From the NCBI GenBank assembly GCA_963845185.1, contig CAWJRG010000010.1, positions 320,001-384,000 on the forward strand: a stretch of DNA of 64,000 nucleotides, in the 5' to 3' direction. Below the pieces are notes generated by a model, which was not told where the DNA came from, did not search any database, and saw nothing but the letters and a program-made list of their open reading frames with translations. This stretch comes from an uncultured bacterium (GTDB lineage: Bacteria > Oederibacteriota > PGYV01 > CAWJRG01). Position 1 is the stretch's first letter. The number at the start of each line of letters is the position of its first letter. The position numbers and the translations under genes were made by a program. This document shows positions 30,946 to 40,897 of this stretch, piece after piece.

Positions 30946-31746
30946 TTATATAATCCTCAATGGTTTTTCTGTTATATATTTTAATGCCTCTCTATTTCTT
31001 ATGTGACGTTTGTCTTTAAGTAAACTATACGGACCATTCATTCGTAGTCCTTTTTTAATTTCATACTTTCTTTTTATCTTAAAAATTTCATTTTTCCTAA
31101 CAGGATGATTTTCAAAGCATCCAAAAATAAGAGTTCTTCTCATTTTTGGGGTAAATTTGATTATACTGGATGGTTTATACCAAAAATCGCCTTTATCTAA
31201 TGATAAATTTTTTTCTTTTTCATACATACATTTGAAGGTAAAAATTTCACTTTTTTTACTGAATTCCTGCCATGCAATGAAATTTTTTATAACGTCTCTG
31301 GAATTTATATATCCGAGATCTGTTTTTATTTCAAGTAATGCAATAGCTTCAAAAACATCAGCGCTTTCTTGTTTTTTTATAGAGGAAAATTTTTCAAATA
31401 ATTTATTGTTTTGATTTGTGACCTTTTCAATTAAATTTATATTTGTGAATTTGCTTGAATTTGTTTTTTTCACAACCAGAATATCCGGATATTTGCTTTT
31501 TCTTCTATGCATTTTTCTGACTTTTGTAAGTCCACAATCAACTAGTACAAAGTAATCTTTTCTATTTCTTAATAGCCTTAAAATTTCTTGACCTATATAT
31601 AAACAAAGATATTGGCCAAGACTGAAAGTCCGTCCAAAAATAAGATTATTACTTCCTCTTTTCCTCATGGAAAGAAATTCTTTATTTTGTTGAACAAATT
31701 TATCGACAATATTATGCATATTTTTTTCTTGTAAGTACAGTTTCAT
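30946..31746 (-). CDS. Putative PD-(D/E)xK nuclease
   Basis: YPDILV..LLEIKTD motif; visibly AT-rich. Confidence 0.55.
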   Translation of the reverse strand: MKLYLQEKNMHNIVDKFVQQNKEFLSMRKRGSNNLIFGRTFSLGQYLCLYIGQEILRLLRNRKDYFVLVDCGLTKVRKMHRRKSKYPDILVVKKTNSSKFTNINLIEKVTNQNNKLFEKFSSIKKQESADVFEAIALLEIKTDLGYINSRDVIKNFIAWQEFSKKSEIFTFKCMYEKEKNLSLDKGDFWYKPSSIIKFTPKMRRTLIFGCFENHPVRKNEIFKIKRKYEIKKGLRMNGPYSLLKDKRHIRNREALKYITEKPLRII

Positions 31747-31902
31747 AGTTTTAATTCTCCATAGCTATACTTATAAATTCTTTTTATTCTACTGATACAG
31801 TTATCATTAATCATACTCTACGGTGGCCCCGTCTGTCAGCTTGCTGATTTTCGGAAACGATGTTATTATAACCCTGATTTTTCCATTATTCCATCAAAAA
31901 CC

Positions 31903-33264
31903 TCACTTATTGCTCCTTAAAATCCATATCTTTTTTGCTATTATTTCCCATGGATTAGCGTATTCGTTGACTTCCTCAGTCAACACTTGATATATCTCCA
32001 TTTTTCTTTCTTTTACATCCTTAACACGATCCATATCTATGTCTCCCTCCCCGTCTGTAATGACCAGAAATTTCTTGAAATTATTGTTAAATGCGTGCTT
32101 TAACAGTTCGTCAAAATCAGTCACGCTGTTTGTTATAAGAAGTCCGTTGTGCAACTCGCTGAGGCTTATCTCTTTCACTATTCCTGACAGCAGATAAATC
32201 GGGTCATTTAAATAGGACTTTACCGAGTCCACAAGCCTGTAAATAAGCGGCAGGACATCTTCTACGGACCCTGACACATCTATGTACAGGTTCATGTTCC
32301 TGTAAGTTGCGGCTGCTGCTTCCATGTCGTTCGGGAAGAAAAACGGGTATTTTTTCCTGTACAGGAGCATGAGCTCGCGCCTGCCCGCCGCGGGAATTAT
32401 GCCCCTCTGCGATGTTATGACCCTGTCCATTATCCTGTTGTCTCCGTCGTCTTCCAGTGCGTGCCTTACTGCTTCTATAATAATGCGTGAGTTGTCCTTT
32501 TCTATCTCTTCTTCTATTTCTATGAACTTCTTTTCAGCCAGCAAATATCCCCTTGAAAATCCGTGATACCCCAAAAGAACCAGTGTATCCACAAAAGTTG
32601 ACAGGTATTGCCGATTTATGATTCGTTCAAGGCGCTCATATAGCATAGCCACTGAAACATCCTTAAACCACGCGTCTATGTACCATCTTGCAAGGCCGGG
32701 TTTATCTAAAATCCATTTTTCATCCTTAAATTTCATTTTTTCTATTGCCTTCATTGCGTTAGCCTGTTTTTCTCCGTTATTGTAAATATCGGGTATGTCA
32801 ATAAAATTAAAAATAGGGTTTAAAAGAAAATTCACGACCAGGCCTGTATCTTTATAAAAACTTTTTAAAAAATGCCAGCCTTCCTTTAAATAATCTTTTA
32901 TTATTCCGGCGTTTATTTTTATGTCAAACACCAGGTTGAAATTATTTCTAAGAGAGTTCCTTTCTTCCCTGAGCAAATCCCCGTTTAATTTATGCATGAG
33001 CTCGTGCAGGAAAACAAAAATAAGCCAGTCCTTGTTTTCAATATTTTTCATGATGAAATCCTTATTAAAATACATTGTGTAATGCCCTGAATCCTCTTTT
33101 GGCATAGATATGCACGCGGTTTTTGTTGTGTTTTTATCTTCGGTTAAAACTATTTTCCAGTTGGCTTTTATCCAGTATATATTGTCAATAAGGAAATTGT
33201 CCTTTTTGCCTACTACAAAATCTTTTATGTAGCCTTCTATTTCGTCCACGTTTTTTATTTCCAT
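31903..33264 (-). CDS. Zincin metallopeptidase-like (HExxH) + vWA protein (DUF2201-like)
   Basis: TAC..Y.N, LHELMH, MIDAS DVSGS and ITDG; downstream of a MoxR-type ATPase. Confidence 0.8.
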   Translation of the reverse strand: MEIKNVDEIEGYIKDFVVGKKDNFLIDNIYWIKANWKIVLTEDKNTTKTACISMPKEDSGHYTMYFNKDFIMKNIENKDWLIFVFLHELMHKLNGDLLREERNSLRNNFNLVFDIKINAGIIKDYLKEGWHFLKSFYKDTGLVVNFLLNPIFNFIDIPDIYNNGEKQANAMKAIEKMKFKDEKWILDKPGLARWYIDAWFKDVSVAMLYERLERIINRQYLSTFVDTLVLLGYHGFSRGYLLAEKKFIEIEEEIEKDNSRIIIEAVRHALEDDGDNRIMDRVITSQRGIIPAAGRRELMLLYRKKYPFFFPNDMEAAAATYRNMNLYIDVSGSVEDVLPLIYRLVDSVKSYLNDPIYLLSGIVKEISLSELHNGLLITNSVTDFDELLKHAFNNNFKKFLVITDGEGDIDMDRVKDVKERKMEIYQVLTEEVNEYANPWEIIAKKIWILRSNK

Positions 33265-33307
33265 AACGGCTCCTTTCCTATAGGCTAATCCGCCGGCTTT
33301 AAAAAAA

Positions 33308-33432
33308 CCCCTTCCCCCTTGACGGGGGGAGGTTAGGATGAGGGTGACGTAGTAACATGCATTTCTTAAAGTTAATGCTGTTTTGCCGCTACTTCACCCT
33401 CACCTTTATCCTCTCCCGTCGAGGGAGAGGAG
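33308..33432 (+). repeat. Repeat family B (CCCTTCCCCCT..GAGGGTGA / TCACCCTC..GGGAGAGG), copy 1
   Basis: Bipartite inverted element also at 50647, 52198, 62057. Confidence 0.85.
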
Positions 33433-33480
33433 ATTTCCCTTTCCACATCCCACATACCACACCCGCACCCCGCATCGGCG

Positions 33481-34617
33481 TCACGCCGGCTGCATCAGGA
33501 GCAAGAACTCTTCCTTGTCGCCAAGCAGCTCAGGGTCCATATTAAACGGCGTATTGCCGGGTATGTATATGCCTGTCGCCATCCTTGACATTATGTGCTC
33601 AAAAATGCCTATGTCGTCTATCACCTTTGCGCTTTCAGGTATTTCAGCAGCCTTCTGAGACGGCTCGATGAAATACACCATGTTTGTTACTGTCTCTGGC
33701 GCAGTATTTTTCTTTGTTTCTTTCTTGTATTTCAGGTATTCCTGTTTTGTGGGCACGCGTAAAATTGCCGATACTTTTTTTGAACTGTCGGGCAAAAGGT
33801 CAATAAATGTGCCTGAAAAAAAATCAGCGGTTTTATCCATACTGCTCAATATGCCCGGGTTTAAGTCGTTGATGTCCTCATAGGTTTTGAGTTTTCCGTC
33901 AATCATGCTCACTATCACCCTTGACATTTTGTCTCTTCCTGAAGTTCCCGCGCCGAAATATATGTATTCGCTCCCCGGTATTTTATAGCCGCTTATTTCC
34001 CTGTATTTTTCCCTGACAAACACATACTGCTCCCCCCTGTCTGTGTTTTTCCTGAAAAGGTATATTTTCCCGTTTGTGCAGTACCTGCCGAAATTATTCC
34101 CGCGCTGTTCTCTTTCCGAATCTCTCATCCGGAAAAACATGATTTTCAGCCCATCGTCATATGGTATCTTTGCCGACAGCCTTTCATAAAGTATATTCCT
34201 GTCAACCTTTCCGTTGACGTTCCTGCAGTCTGTTATGATCTCCGTAATGTGAGTTTGCGTCTTTAAGTCCAGGTTTTTCACAAGAAATTTAACCAGGGAT
34301 TTTAATGAAGCGTAAGCTATGAGCCCGTCTATTTTTTTAACGCCTTTTTTGGTTTTAAGGGGTATTTCAATTTTAATATCAGTCCTTGAAAATTTCAGAC
34401 TTCCGCCCCTGTACCTGCGCAAATGGCTTAAATAAACATCATCCACGTCCTCTGTCATCGCCTGCATCGCCCTGTAAAGATACATGTTCCTGCCGTAAAC
34501 TTCGCCGCAGCTGAAATCCTTGCCTATTATTTTTTCCATGGGCATTTCAATTTTTGCTTTTTTATAGACTATTATGTCGCCCTTATCCAGTAATTTTTCA
34601 TATGCCTGTGTTTTCAT
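33481..34617 (-). CDS. Hypothetical protein between the AAA+ ATPase and vWA genes
   Basis: 378 aa ORF starting 1 nt after the ATPase stop; GGAGGAG SD. Confidence 0.75.
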   Translation of the reverse strand: MKTQAYEKLLDKGDIIVYKKAKIEMPMEKIIGKDFSCGEVYGRNMYLYRAMQAMTEDVDDVYLSHLRRYRGGSLKFSRTDIKIEIPLKTKKGVKKIDGLIAYASLKSLVKFLVKNLDLKTQTHITEIITDCRNVNGKVDRNILYERLSAKIPYDDGLKIMFFRMRDSEREQRGNNFGRYCTNGKIYLFRKNTDRGEQYVFVREKYREISGYKIPGSEYIYFGAGTSGRDKMSRVIVSMIDGKLKTYEDINDLNPGILSSMDKTADFFSGTFIDLLPDSSKKVSAILRVPTKQEYLKYKKETKKNTAPETVTNMVYFIEPSQKAAEIPESAKVIDDIGIFEHIMSRMATGIYIPGNTPFNMDPELLGDKEEFLLLMQPA

Positions 34618-34618
34618 T

Positions 34619-36034
34619 TTACTCCTCCATTCCCGGGTAATTTTTGTAAGTTGACAGCGCTTTTGCCAGTTTCTCTATGTCTGTATCGTCCCTGTCAGGG
34701 TCGCGTAGTGTGTTAAAAACAACCTTAAAATCGTTTATGTCGCTTAATTCATCGTCTATGATCCCGCGTTTCACCATTTCACCGAAATGCTGGAGCCCCG
34801 AATAATGGAATTTTTTTCCCACGGACATATCAAACATGCTTCTGTATGTTTCAAACAGGCGCTCGGTTTCATTCATCTGGAATTTCAGTTCACCGGACGC
34901 TATTTTCCCGGCAAGGACGCGCAGTATTGCCATGTTTATGGGTTTCTCATCCAGGCAATTGCTGTTTTTTACCTTTTCAATTATTTTTGTGATGCCGGCT
35001 TTTATAAACGGGTAATTATTCTCCACAGTTTCCCGGGTTAGGTTTTCCGCGTCCTGCGGGTTTTTCAGGTCAAAGACCCTGTTTGCGCCGTTATCGTCTA
35101 TCAGGTCAAAAGCCATGTCGTGGATGTACTTTATGCGCATGTTGGTAAGCTCCACGTTTATCGCCTCAAAAGGCATGGAATATTTTACCGCCGTGAATAT
35201 CTCCTCCCGCATGTCCATGAGGTCAAAATTCTCCTGCTTTTCTTTTAGTATTGCCGTGGATATGTAAGCCGCAATGTTCCTCTTTATCATGTTTATTCGG
35301 CGGCCGTCCAGGTTGATGCCCTTGTTGTTGGCGAAGAACACGAATTTTATTATGTAGTCGTCCAGCCTGCTGTTGAGTTTTTTTGACACAAAGCCTATCC
35401 TGTCCCTGATTGCCTCTATGTACGCGAGGAAATCCTGCCTTTCTTTTTCGTCCATTTTCATCTCATTGCCCTTGTATATGGCAGCGCCGTCGTCCTCGTT
35501 TATGTTGTTTATTATTTTCCTGAGGTTGGCGTCCGTCATTTCGATTGCCTGCGGCACTTTTATGACAAAGGCAAACCTGCCGGCGAGCGCCTCGTCCAGC
35601 GGGTTCGCGCCCGCGTATGACGGCGGGTTCATGGCGGCGAATATGTGCCTGAGTTTTTCTGCTTTCAGGCCCATGACCTGCCTGCTCCTGACTATTTCCA
35701 GCCACTTGTTCTGCATCTCTGCCCTGGCTCTTGATATCTCGTCTATCAAAATGAATTCCTTGTCCCAGATGGATAGCTTTGTCGGCACGTACTCTATCTC
35801 GCCCTTTGATATGGTGTCCGGGTTTGGGAAGCCGATAAGGTCCTCAAACAGCGCCTTTGACGCGTCATAGGCAAAAAATTTCAGGCCCAGCGCCTCCGCC
35901 AGCTTCCTGCACAGCGTGGTCTTGGCAGTGCCGTGCGAGCCGATGAAAAGCACCGGGTCGCCGGTGGCGATACCTGCCATGATTATATCTTCTATTTTGT
36001 CCATTCCGTATATTCCCATTTTTTCCAGCCACAT
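34619..36034 (-). CDS. MoxR/RavA-family AAA+ ATPase
   Basis: GSHGTAKT Walker A, LIDEISR Walker B, AAMNP, LDEALAGRF. Confidence 0.88.
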   Translation of the reverse strand: MWLEKMGIYGMDKIEDIIMAGIATGDPVLFIGSHGTAKTTLCRKLAEALGLKFFAYDASKALFEDLIGFPNPDTISKGEIEYVPTKLSIWDKEFILIDEISRARAEMQNKWLEIVRSRQVMGLKAEKLRHIFAAMNPPSYAGANPLDEALAGRFAFVIKVPQAIEMTDANLRKIINNINEDDGAAIYKGNEMKMDEKERQDFLAYIEAIRDRIGFVSKKLNSRLDDYIIKFVFFANNKGINLDGRRINMIKRNIAAYISTAILKEKQENFDLMDMREEIFTAVKYSMPFEAINVELTNMRIKYIHDMAFDLIDDNGANRVFDLKNPQDAENLTRETVENNYPFIKAGITKIIEKVKNSNCLDEKPINMAILRVLAGKIASGELKFQMNETERLFETYRSMFDMSVGKKFHYSGLQHFGEMVKRGIIDDELSDINDFKVVFNTLRDPDRDDTDIEKLAKALSTYKNYPGMEE

Positions 36035-36047
36035 AAGTGCCTCCTTA

Positions 36048-36142
36048 AGATCGTTTGTTTTGTCAAGCCGTCAACAGGCGCAGGCAAAACATTACGAGAT
36101 TAAGTACCCGCTCAAGTCCCAAAGGGACAAGCGGTACTTGAT
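36048..36142 (-). repeat. Two-hairpin repeat family A, copy 5 (partial sixth copy follows at 36146-36221)
   Basis: Consensus match; abuts AAGGAGG SD of the AAA+ gene. Confidence 0.85.
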
Positions 36143-36287
36143 ATCATCGTTTACTTTGCCAAGCCGGCCTTGCTCCCCATTAACAAGGGAGTTAAATATC
36201 CCCGTGGGATGTTTAACGGGCAGAAGTCATCTTGTTATTCCAAAATATGCCTTTTCTACCCAAGAAAGGGGGTTTGCTTTGTCTTTC

Positions 36288-36344
36288 GTAGAGCCAACCC
36301 TAATGGCTATCTCTTTTTGAGACGCCCATTAGGGGTATCTCTAC
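36288..36344. repeat. Inverted pair of GTAG-type REP units (family C)
   Basis: GTAGAGCCAACCCTAATGG..CCATTAGGGGTATCTCTAC. Confidence 0.65.
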
Positions 36345-36376
36345 AAGAACAATTTTTTGCGATAGGTCTGAGACCT

Positions 36377-36559
36377 TTACATTTTGTTTTTTTGTAATTT
36401 TTTCTTTCTCACCGGGATTACTTGGTATGCGATGAGATTTTTATATTCTTTGTCGTTACCGAATATGTTTTTACAGATTTCCCGCCTTTGTTCCTCTGTG
36501 ACTTCCACAAATTTTTTCTGTGGCTTTCGTTTTTCTTTATCTTTCATTTTTTGCCTCAT
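36377..36559 (-). CDS. Small basic hypothetical protein, first ORF after the sigma54 promoter
   Basis: AGGAGG SD; 60 aa. Confidence 0.5.
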   Translation of the reverse strand: MRQKMKDKEKRKPQKKFVEVTEEQRREICKNIFGNDKEYKNLIAYQVIPVRKKKLQKNKM

Positions 36560-36636
36560 AGCACGCCTCCTTTTGCATTCGATATTCAGTATTTAGAATG
36601 CCAAATTCCAAATCCTGAATTACTGAATACATATAG

Positions 36637-36652
36637 AGCAAGGCTTATGCCA
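36637..36652 (-). promoter_or_regulatory. sigma54 (-24/-12) promoter
   Basis: TGGCATAAGCCTTGCT = GG-N10-GC, near consensus TGGCAC-N5-TTGCW. Confidence 0.8.
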
Positions 36653-36702
36653 TAAAAACGGAATAAAGATAAAGGATTTTATAGAATTGGGTAAAAGGAA
36701 GC

Positions 36703-36715
36703 GTCAAAAATTGAC
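36703..36715. promoter_or_regulatory. Candidate enhancer (UAS) box
   Basis: GTCAAAAATTGAC palindrome ~50 bp upstream of the -24 element. Confidence 0.6.
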
Positions 36716-36728
36716 AGAAATATTATAT

Positions 36729-37388
36729 TTATACTAGAGTATTTAAATCTATTAAATCCTCAGGCATTATGATAGAAACAACTCTAAATTTAAGTGATCT
36801 TTTTGCTGATCCTTTTCTCCATCTGTTATTAATTTCAGTATTAGTATCTATTTCAAAATCAATTTTATGATTTTTTATACTGTTATTTAATTTTTTACTA
36901 CAAAATAACAACAATATATTTTCAATTTCCTTTTTTTTAGTGTTTTCAAATGTATCAATTTTATCCATAATATTTTTAAAATTGTTATAAAGAATAGATT
37001 TTGATTCTTTTTTTTCTTCACTAGCGAACCACTTAATAAAATCATCAACTTTTTTCCCGATTATTTTGTAATGGTCTTGATTTCTCTTTTTGTTTAATAT
37101 GTAACTTTGTAAAAACAAATGTCTTAGAACTTGACGTGCTTTTACAACTATTCTATCTTTTTTTACTTCTTGCGATTTTTCCCACTTGCTTTCAATTAAA
37201 TATATTTTACTATTAGTTTTAATTATTGCATCGAATTCCCCAATCGCAGGTGAAGTGCCACGCCCAAAACTTGGTCTATAAAAAATACACTTAATTGATT
37301 CATTATTTACTAATTCCTTGACTTTGTCATCTTGCTTTAAAAACCATAATGTCAATGCATCTTCCCCATAACCAATAATTGGTAACAT
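36729..37388 (-). CDS. Putative PD-(D/E)xK nuclease
   Basis: GYGED, YRPSFGRG, GEFDAII..YLIESKW; AT-rich. Confidence 0.65.
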   Translation of the reverse strand: MLPIIGYGEDALTLWFLKQDDKVKELVNNESIKCIFYRPSFGRGTSPAIGEFDAIIKTNSKIYLIESKWEKSQEVKKDRIVVKARQVLRHLFLQSYILNKKRNQDHYKIIGKKVDDFIKWFASEEKKESKSILYNNFKNIMDKIDTFENTKKKEIENILLLFCSKKLNNSIKNHKIDFEIDTNTEINNRWRKGSAKRSLKFRVVSIIMPEDLIDLNTLV

Positions 37389-37430
37389 AAAATACCTCCT
37401 TTAGAATTTACAAATTATTTAAACACTATA

Positions 37431-38213
37431 TTAACAGGCGCGAGAAGCATTTGTTTTTCCTGCTATATTTTGCATCCGTTGTCCATGTTTTGGCATTGCA
37501 AATTTTGATTCTATATTCAGATGATCGCTTTTAACAATTTCAAGGACTTCATTCCAAAATCTTAAGCGATCTTCTTTTACATATACAAATGCAGGTACTA
37601 TTTTTTTTCGAATTACCGGCCTTTCAAAAATTTTAGCCGAATAACTACAAGGTATATAACTATATGGTATTTTACTTTTATCCATTTGACCAAAATACAA
37701 CCTGAATTCTGTTTTATTATCAATAATCCTTCTTATAGTTATTTCAAAATATTCTTTTGGTACATCTCTGCTTTTCTCCTTCAATTTAATTATTAATTCT
37801 TTCTCATTTTTATAATTTATAAAATCATCTACTACAAAAACAGTATCTAAAACAAATTTTCTTTTAATATTCGAACCAAAATATATTATTGAATCTTTCC
37901 CCAAATTTCTAAGAATTTTGCATCGTGGTTGCCTACAAACAGTATATAAAAAAATCCCACCAAACACAAACGGATCTGTATTCTGGAAAGCAGGCGGCAT
38001 GATAAAAACCGGTCTGTGTATTTGTGTATTTTTATCTTTTATACTAGGAGGTTCCCACTCGCCCCAAAAATAGATTTTTTGTTCATTTTCAAGAATTGCT
38101 TCGAGAAATTTCCTGTTATGTTTTTTATTATTCCATTCCACATATCCTGTTTCATCAGAAACAGATTCATCTTTTCCCGGATGCATAAAAAATAAAGATT
38201 TAATTTTTCCCAT
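37431..38213 (-). CDS. Hypothetical protein resembling nucleotide-modification-associated (Nmad-like) domains
   Basis: HPG, FWGEWE, NTDPFVFG..YTVCRQ, IYFGS..FVLDTVFVV; start overlaps the end of the upstream UDG-like gene. Confidence 0.5.
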   Translation of the reverse strand: MGKIKSLFFMHPGKDESVSDETGYVEWNNKKHNRKFLEAILENEQKIYFWGEWEPPSIKDKNTQIHRPVFIMPPAFQNTDPFVFGGIFLYTVCRQPRCKILRNLGKDSIIYFGSNIKRKFVLDTVFVVDDFINYKNEKELIIKLKEKSRDVPKEYFEITIRRIIDNKTEFRLYFGQMDKSKIPYSYIPCSYSAKIFERPVIRKKIVPAFVYVKEDRLRFWNEVLEIVKSDHLNIESKFAMPKHGQRMQNIAGKTNASRAC

Positions 38214-38967
38214 GTATAATCGCCTTTCCTATCCCCACTTTATCTAGATTGCTAACCGTTCCAAAAGGCATATTTGCTGCCTTCCCCCAATGAATATTTG
38301 GAAATTTACCTTCTCCGATTTCTATCACTGCCTTTTTAACATAAAAAGGATTATCCCTTTCAATTGTATAGTAGTTCTCCCATTTTTTATTAAATTTAAA
38401 TTTGATTTTTTGAAGATATCTTTCAGCCATTGATATTAAAATAATATCAGGTTTTAAACAACTTACAAGTTCGTGCCATAAACCTATTCCTTCTGCCTCA
38501 AACAAATTTTTATCATTATCATTCAACCTGCTCCATGTCGGGTCTGTTGCGATTGGTGTCATAATATCTGTATGCAAAGCTGTATTTGCTTTCCTTGCGT
38601 AGTAGCTGCAATCCATGCCATTTAAGATTGGCTCATATGAATTAAACCATAATTTATAGGGGCTATAACTAAAATATTTGTTTAAAGTCATTAAATAATC
38701 ATCAACAGGTTTTTGGTTCTGTAGAATTGCATCTTTTATCTTTTCCCCGCCTTCAAATCTTAAAAATGCGTCTTCTTCCGGGAACTCTATCTTTGACGGA
38801 TTAAGACCAACAGTAATAACTTTAGTCATTGAAGCAAAATACGTCCTATAATCGCCAAAATATAAAATTGGAATAGATTTTTTAACTACGTTGCCGTTAT
38901 CGTAGTTTTTGATAAAAACATCAAAAGCTTTTTCAACTACTGAAAGCAATTCTTCTTGCATTTTCAT
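38200..38967 (-). CDS. Uracil-DNA glycosylase superfamily-like protein
   Basis: PILYFGD..KVITVGLNPS motif A; LKPDIIL. Confidence 0.6.
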   Translation of the reverse strand: MKMQEELLSVVEKAFDVFIKNYDNGNVVKKSIPILYFGDYRTYFASMTKVITVGLNPSKIEFPEEDAFLRFEGGEKIKDAILQNQKPVDDYLMTLNKYFSYSPYKLWFNSYEPILNGMDCSYYARKANTALHTDIMTPIATDPTWSRLNDNDKNLFEAEGIGLWHELVSCLKPDIILISMAERYLQKIKFKFNKKWENYYTIERDNPFYVKKAVIEIGEGKFPNIHWGKAANMPFGTVSNLDKVGIGKAIIHGKN

Positions 38968-38977
38968 GTGCCCGCCT

Positions 38978-40345
38978 CTACAATTTAATGCATTTCCCTT
39001 TCTCCGGCAGTATTACTTTCTCGCAGAAGTTCTTGAAAGCCTCTGCGTTTTCGGTATGTACGGGTATGACAGTATCCGCGTTCACGCCGTCTATCATCTT
39101 TCTCACGCCTTCCTCGTCGGCGTGGCCCGAGCAGTGTATCTGCGCGAGTTTCACGCCAAAGTGCCCCAGCCAGTTTTCCAGGCATTCCCTGTATTCCTCG
39201 TTATCCTCGCCTTCGATATAGTGCTCTGACATGGAGTAAATGAAAGTCCCGCTTTTGGGCTGTATGTCCACCATCTGCGAGAGCTCTGAAGCTGTCACGA
39301 ACATTACCACGTCGCCTGTGTTCTTTTTCACCCACTTATAATCCACGCATTCCTCAAAATAAGGTTTCTGGTAATTATATATCCTTTTTTCATCATCAGG
39401 TATGTCGCTGTTTTTGTTGAATATCTTCATTTTGGTATTGCCGATTGTCTTTGGCAGGTCGTCAATGAGCTCCCTTGCGTTATCTATTGTATATGCAAAT
39501 CCCGGATTTACAACGAGCACTTTGCCTGCGCGTGCAGTCGCATTATACAGGCTCCTGACCCTATCCACGTTCCTGAAAGAAAATTGCGCGAACGTTATGC
39601 CGTCTGTCTTTTTTATGGTGTCGCAAAGCGCGTCTTCCACGTCGCATTCCCGCATTTTCTTTTTAAATATGGTGTCCCTGTTGTTCTTTACCCTGGTTCC
39701 TTCGGTTATCAGCACTTTTACCTTTGCTTTTGCCGCTGCTTTGATAAAATCTTCTGTCATTTCAGGCCTGAAACCGTGCAGACGAAAATCGCCTGTGTAC
39801 GCAATATTTCCTTCTGGCGTTTCAATGATAAACCCATATGCGCCTGGTATGGAGTGGTCCATATGCACAGGCGTGACAGTAATGTCCCTTATTTTAAATT
39901 TCTTCCCTGTTTTCATTTCCACAATATTTTCACCGGCTTCTGTCTTGAAACTCGGGTAAATGGTATTAAACGCCTCGTTTAGTTTATTCGCGCCGTGTCC
40001 GAGATAAACAGGTATGTCAGGGTCTACATAAGCCACGTCTCCTATATGGTCGCTGTGTATGTGGGATATAAGAATGGCGTCAATGGTGGGCTTTTTATAT
40101 TTCATATCCGTGTAATATAAAGCGTCCCGTGAATACACGCCCTGTATTTCCGGCATCATTCCAAATTCAAAATAGTCCCTAAGCCCGAGTTTTTCCCTGG
40201 GCTCCAGATAATCAAAACCGCTGTAAATTCCTGCGCCTCTGTCAAAAGGTATCCCGAAATCTAAAAACACTCTTGCCTTTCCCGCCTCCAGCAGTATCTT
40301 GTTCCCGCCTATCTCGCCCGCTCCTCCGTATGCTGTTATCTTCAT
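38978..40345 (-). CDS. MBL-fold beta-CASP (RNase J-like) nuclease
   Basis: GGAGEIGGN, SHIHSDH, DHSIPGA, YTGDFR, HCSGHA, PVHTE. Confidence 0.88.
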   Translation of the reverse strand: MKITAYGGAGEIGGNKILLEAGKARVFLDFGIPFDRGAGIYSGFDYLEPREKLGLRDYFEFGMMPEIQGVYSRDALYYTDMKYKKPTIDAILISHIHSDHIGDVAYVDPDIPVYLGHGANKLNEAFNTIYPSFKTEAGENIVEMKTGKKFKIRDITVTPVHMDHSIPGAYGFIIETPEGNIAYTGDFRLHGFRPEMTEDFIKAAAKAKVKVLITEGTRVKNNRDTIFKKKMRECDVEDALCDTIKKTDGITFAQFSFRNVDRVRSLYNATARAGKVLVVNPGFAYTIDNARELIDDLPKTIGNTKMKIFNKNSDIPDDEKRIYNYQKPYFEECVDYKWVKKNTGDVVMFVTASELSQMVDIQPKSGTFIYSMSEHYIEGEDNEEYRECLENWLGHFGVKLAQIHCSGHADEEGVRKMIDGVNADTVIPVHTENAEAFKNFCEKVILPEKGKCIKL

Positions 40346-40896
40346 TATTTTCCGCCTTTCTTTTCATTTTTCCATATAGATTCAAAGTTTCTTTTTAAAT
40401 CTGAATATAGTGGTTTAAAAACTTCAAATTGATTCATTACATGCGTTTGCGGGCTTAAATGGGTTACATAATATATGGATTTTACCTTTTTAAGTTTACC
40501 TGAAAATATATAATCTTTTATGGCCTTCTGCGTTTCTTTGCCAAAGACAACTATCGAATCATAATTATTAAACCTAATATCTGTTCTTATCTTTTTTTTA
40601 TGATAGTCATTAAGTGTTTTAAAAATATCCGCACACATAACCTCCCCTGCATTTTTATTTTTCAAAATATGTAATACATTAATAAATCTTTCACCAATAG
40701 GGTTAACTTTATTGTTTTTCAAATAGGTTTTTATATTATTTAAATCATTATTGATTTTTTTAAAGCCAAAAACGAACTGCCCTTTTTTCCCTCCTATACC
40801 AGGCGATTGAAACAGCAATAGCCATTTTTTCGCACCACCAAAATTCAGTTTTAAATCCTTATCGGGACGATTCATATTATTAAAATGTTCGGTCAC
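40345..40896 (-). CDS. Second UDG-superfamily-like protein
   Basis: LLFQSPG, IVVFGKETQ, VTHLSP in the order of the UDG motifs; AT-rich; GTG start. Confidence 0.5.
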   Translation of the reverse strand: MTEHFNNMNRPDKDLKLNFGGAKKWLLLFQSPGIGGKKGQFVFGFKKINNDLNNIKTYLKNNKVNPIGERFINVLHILKNKNAGEVMCADIFKTLNDYHKKKIRTDIRFNNYDSIVVFGKETQKAIKDYIFSGKLKKVKSIYYVTHLSPQTHVMNQFEVFKPLYSDLKRNFESIWKNEKKGGK

Positions 40897-40897
40897 A

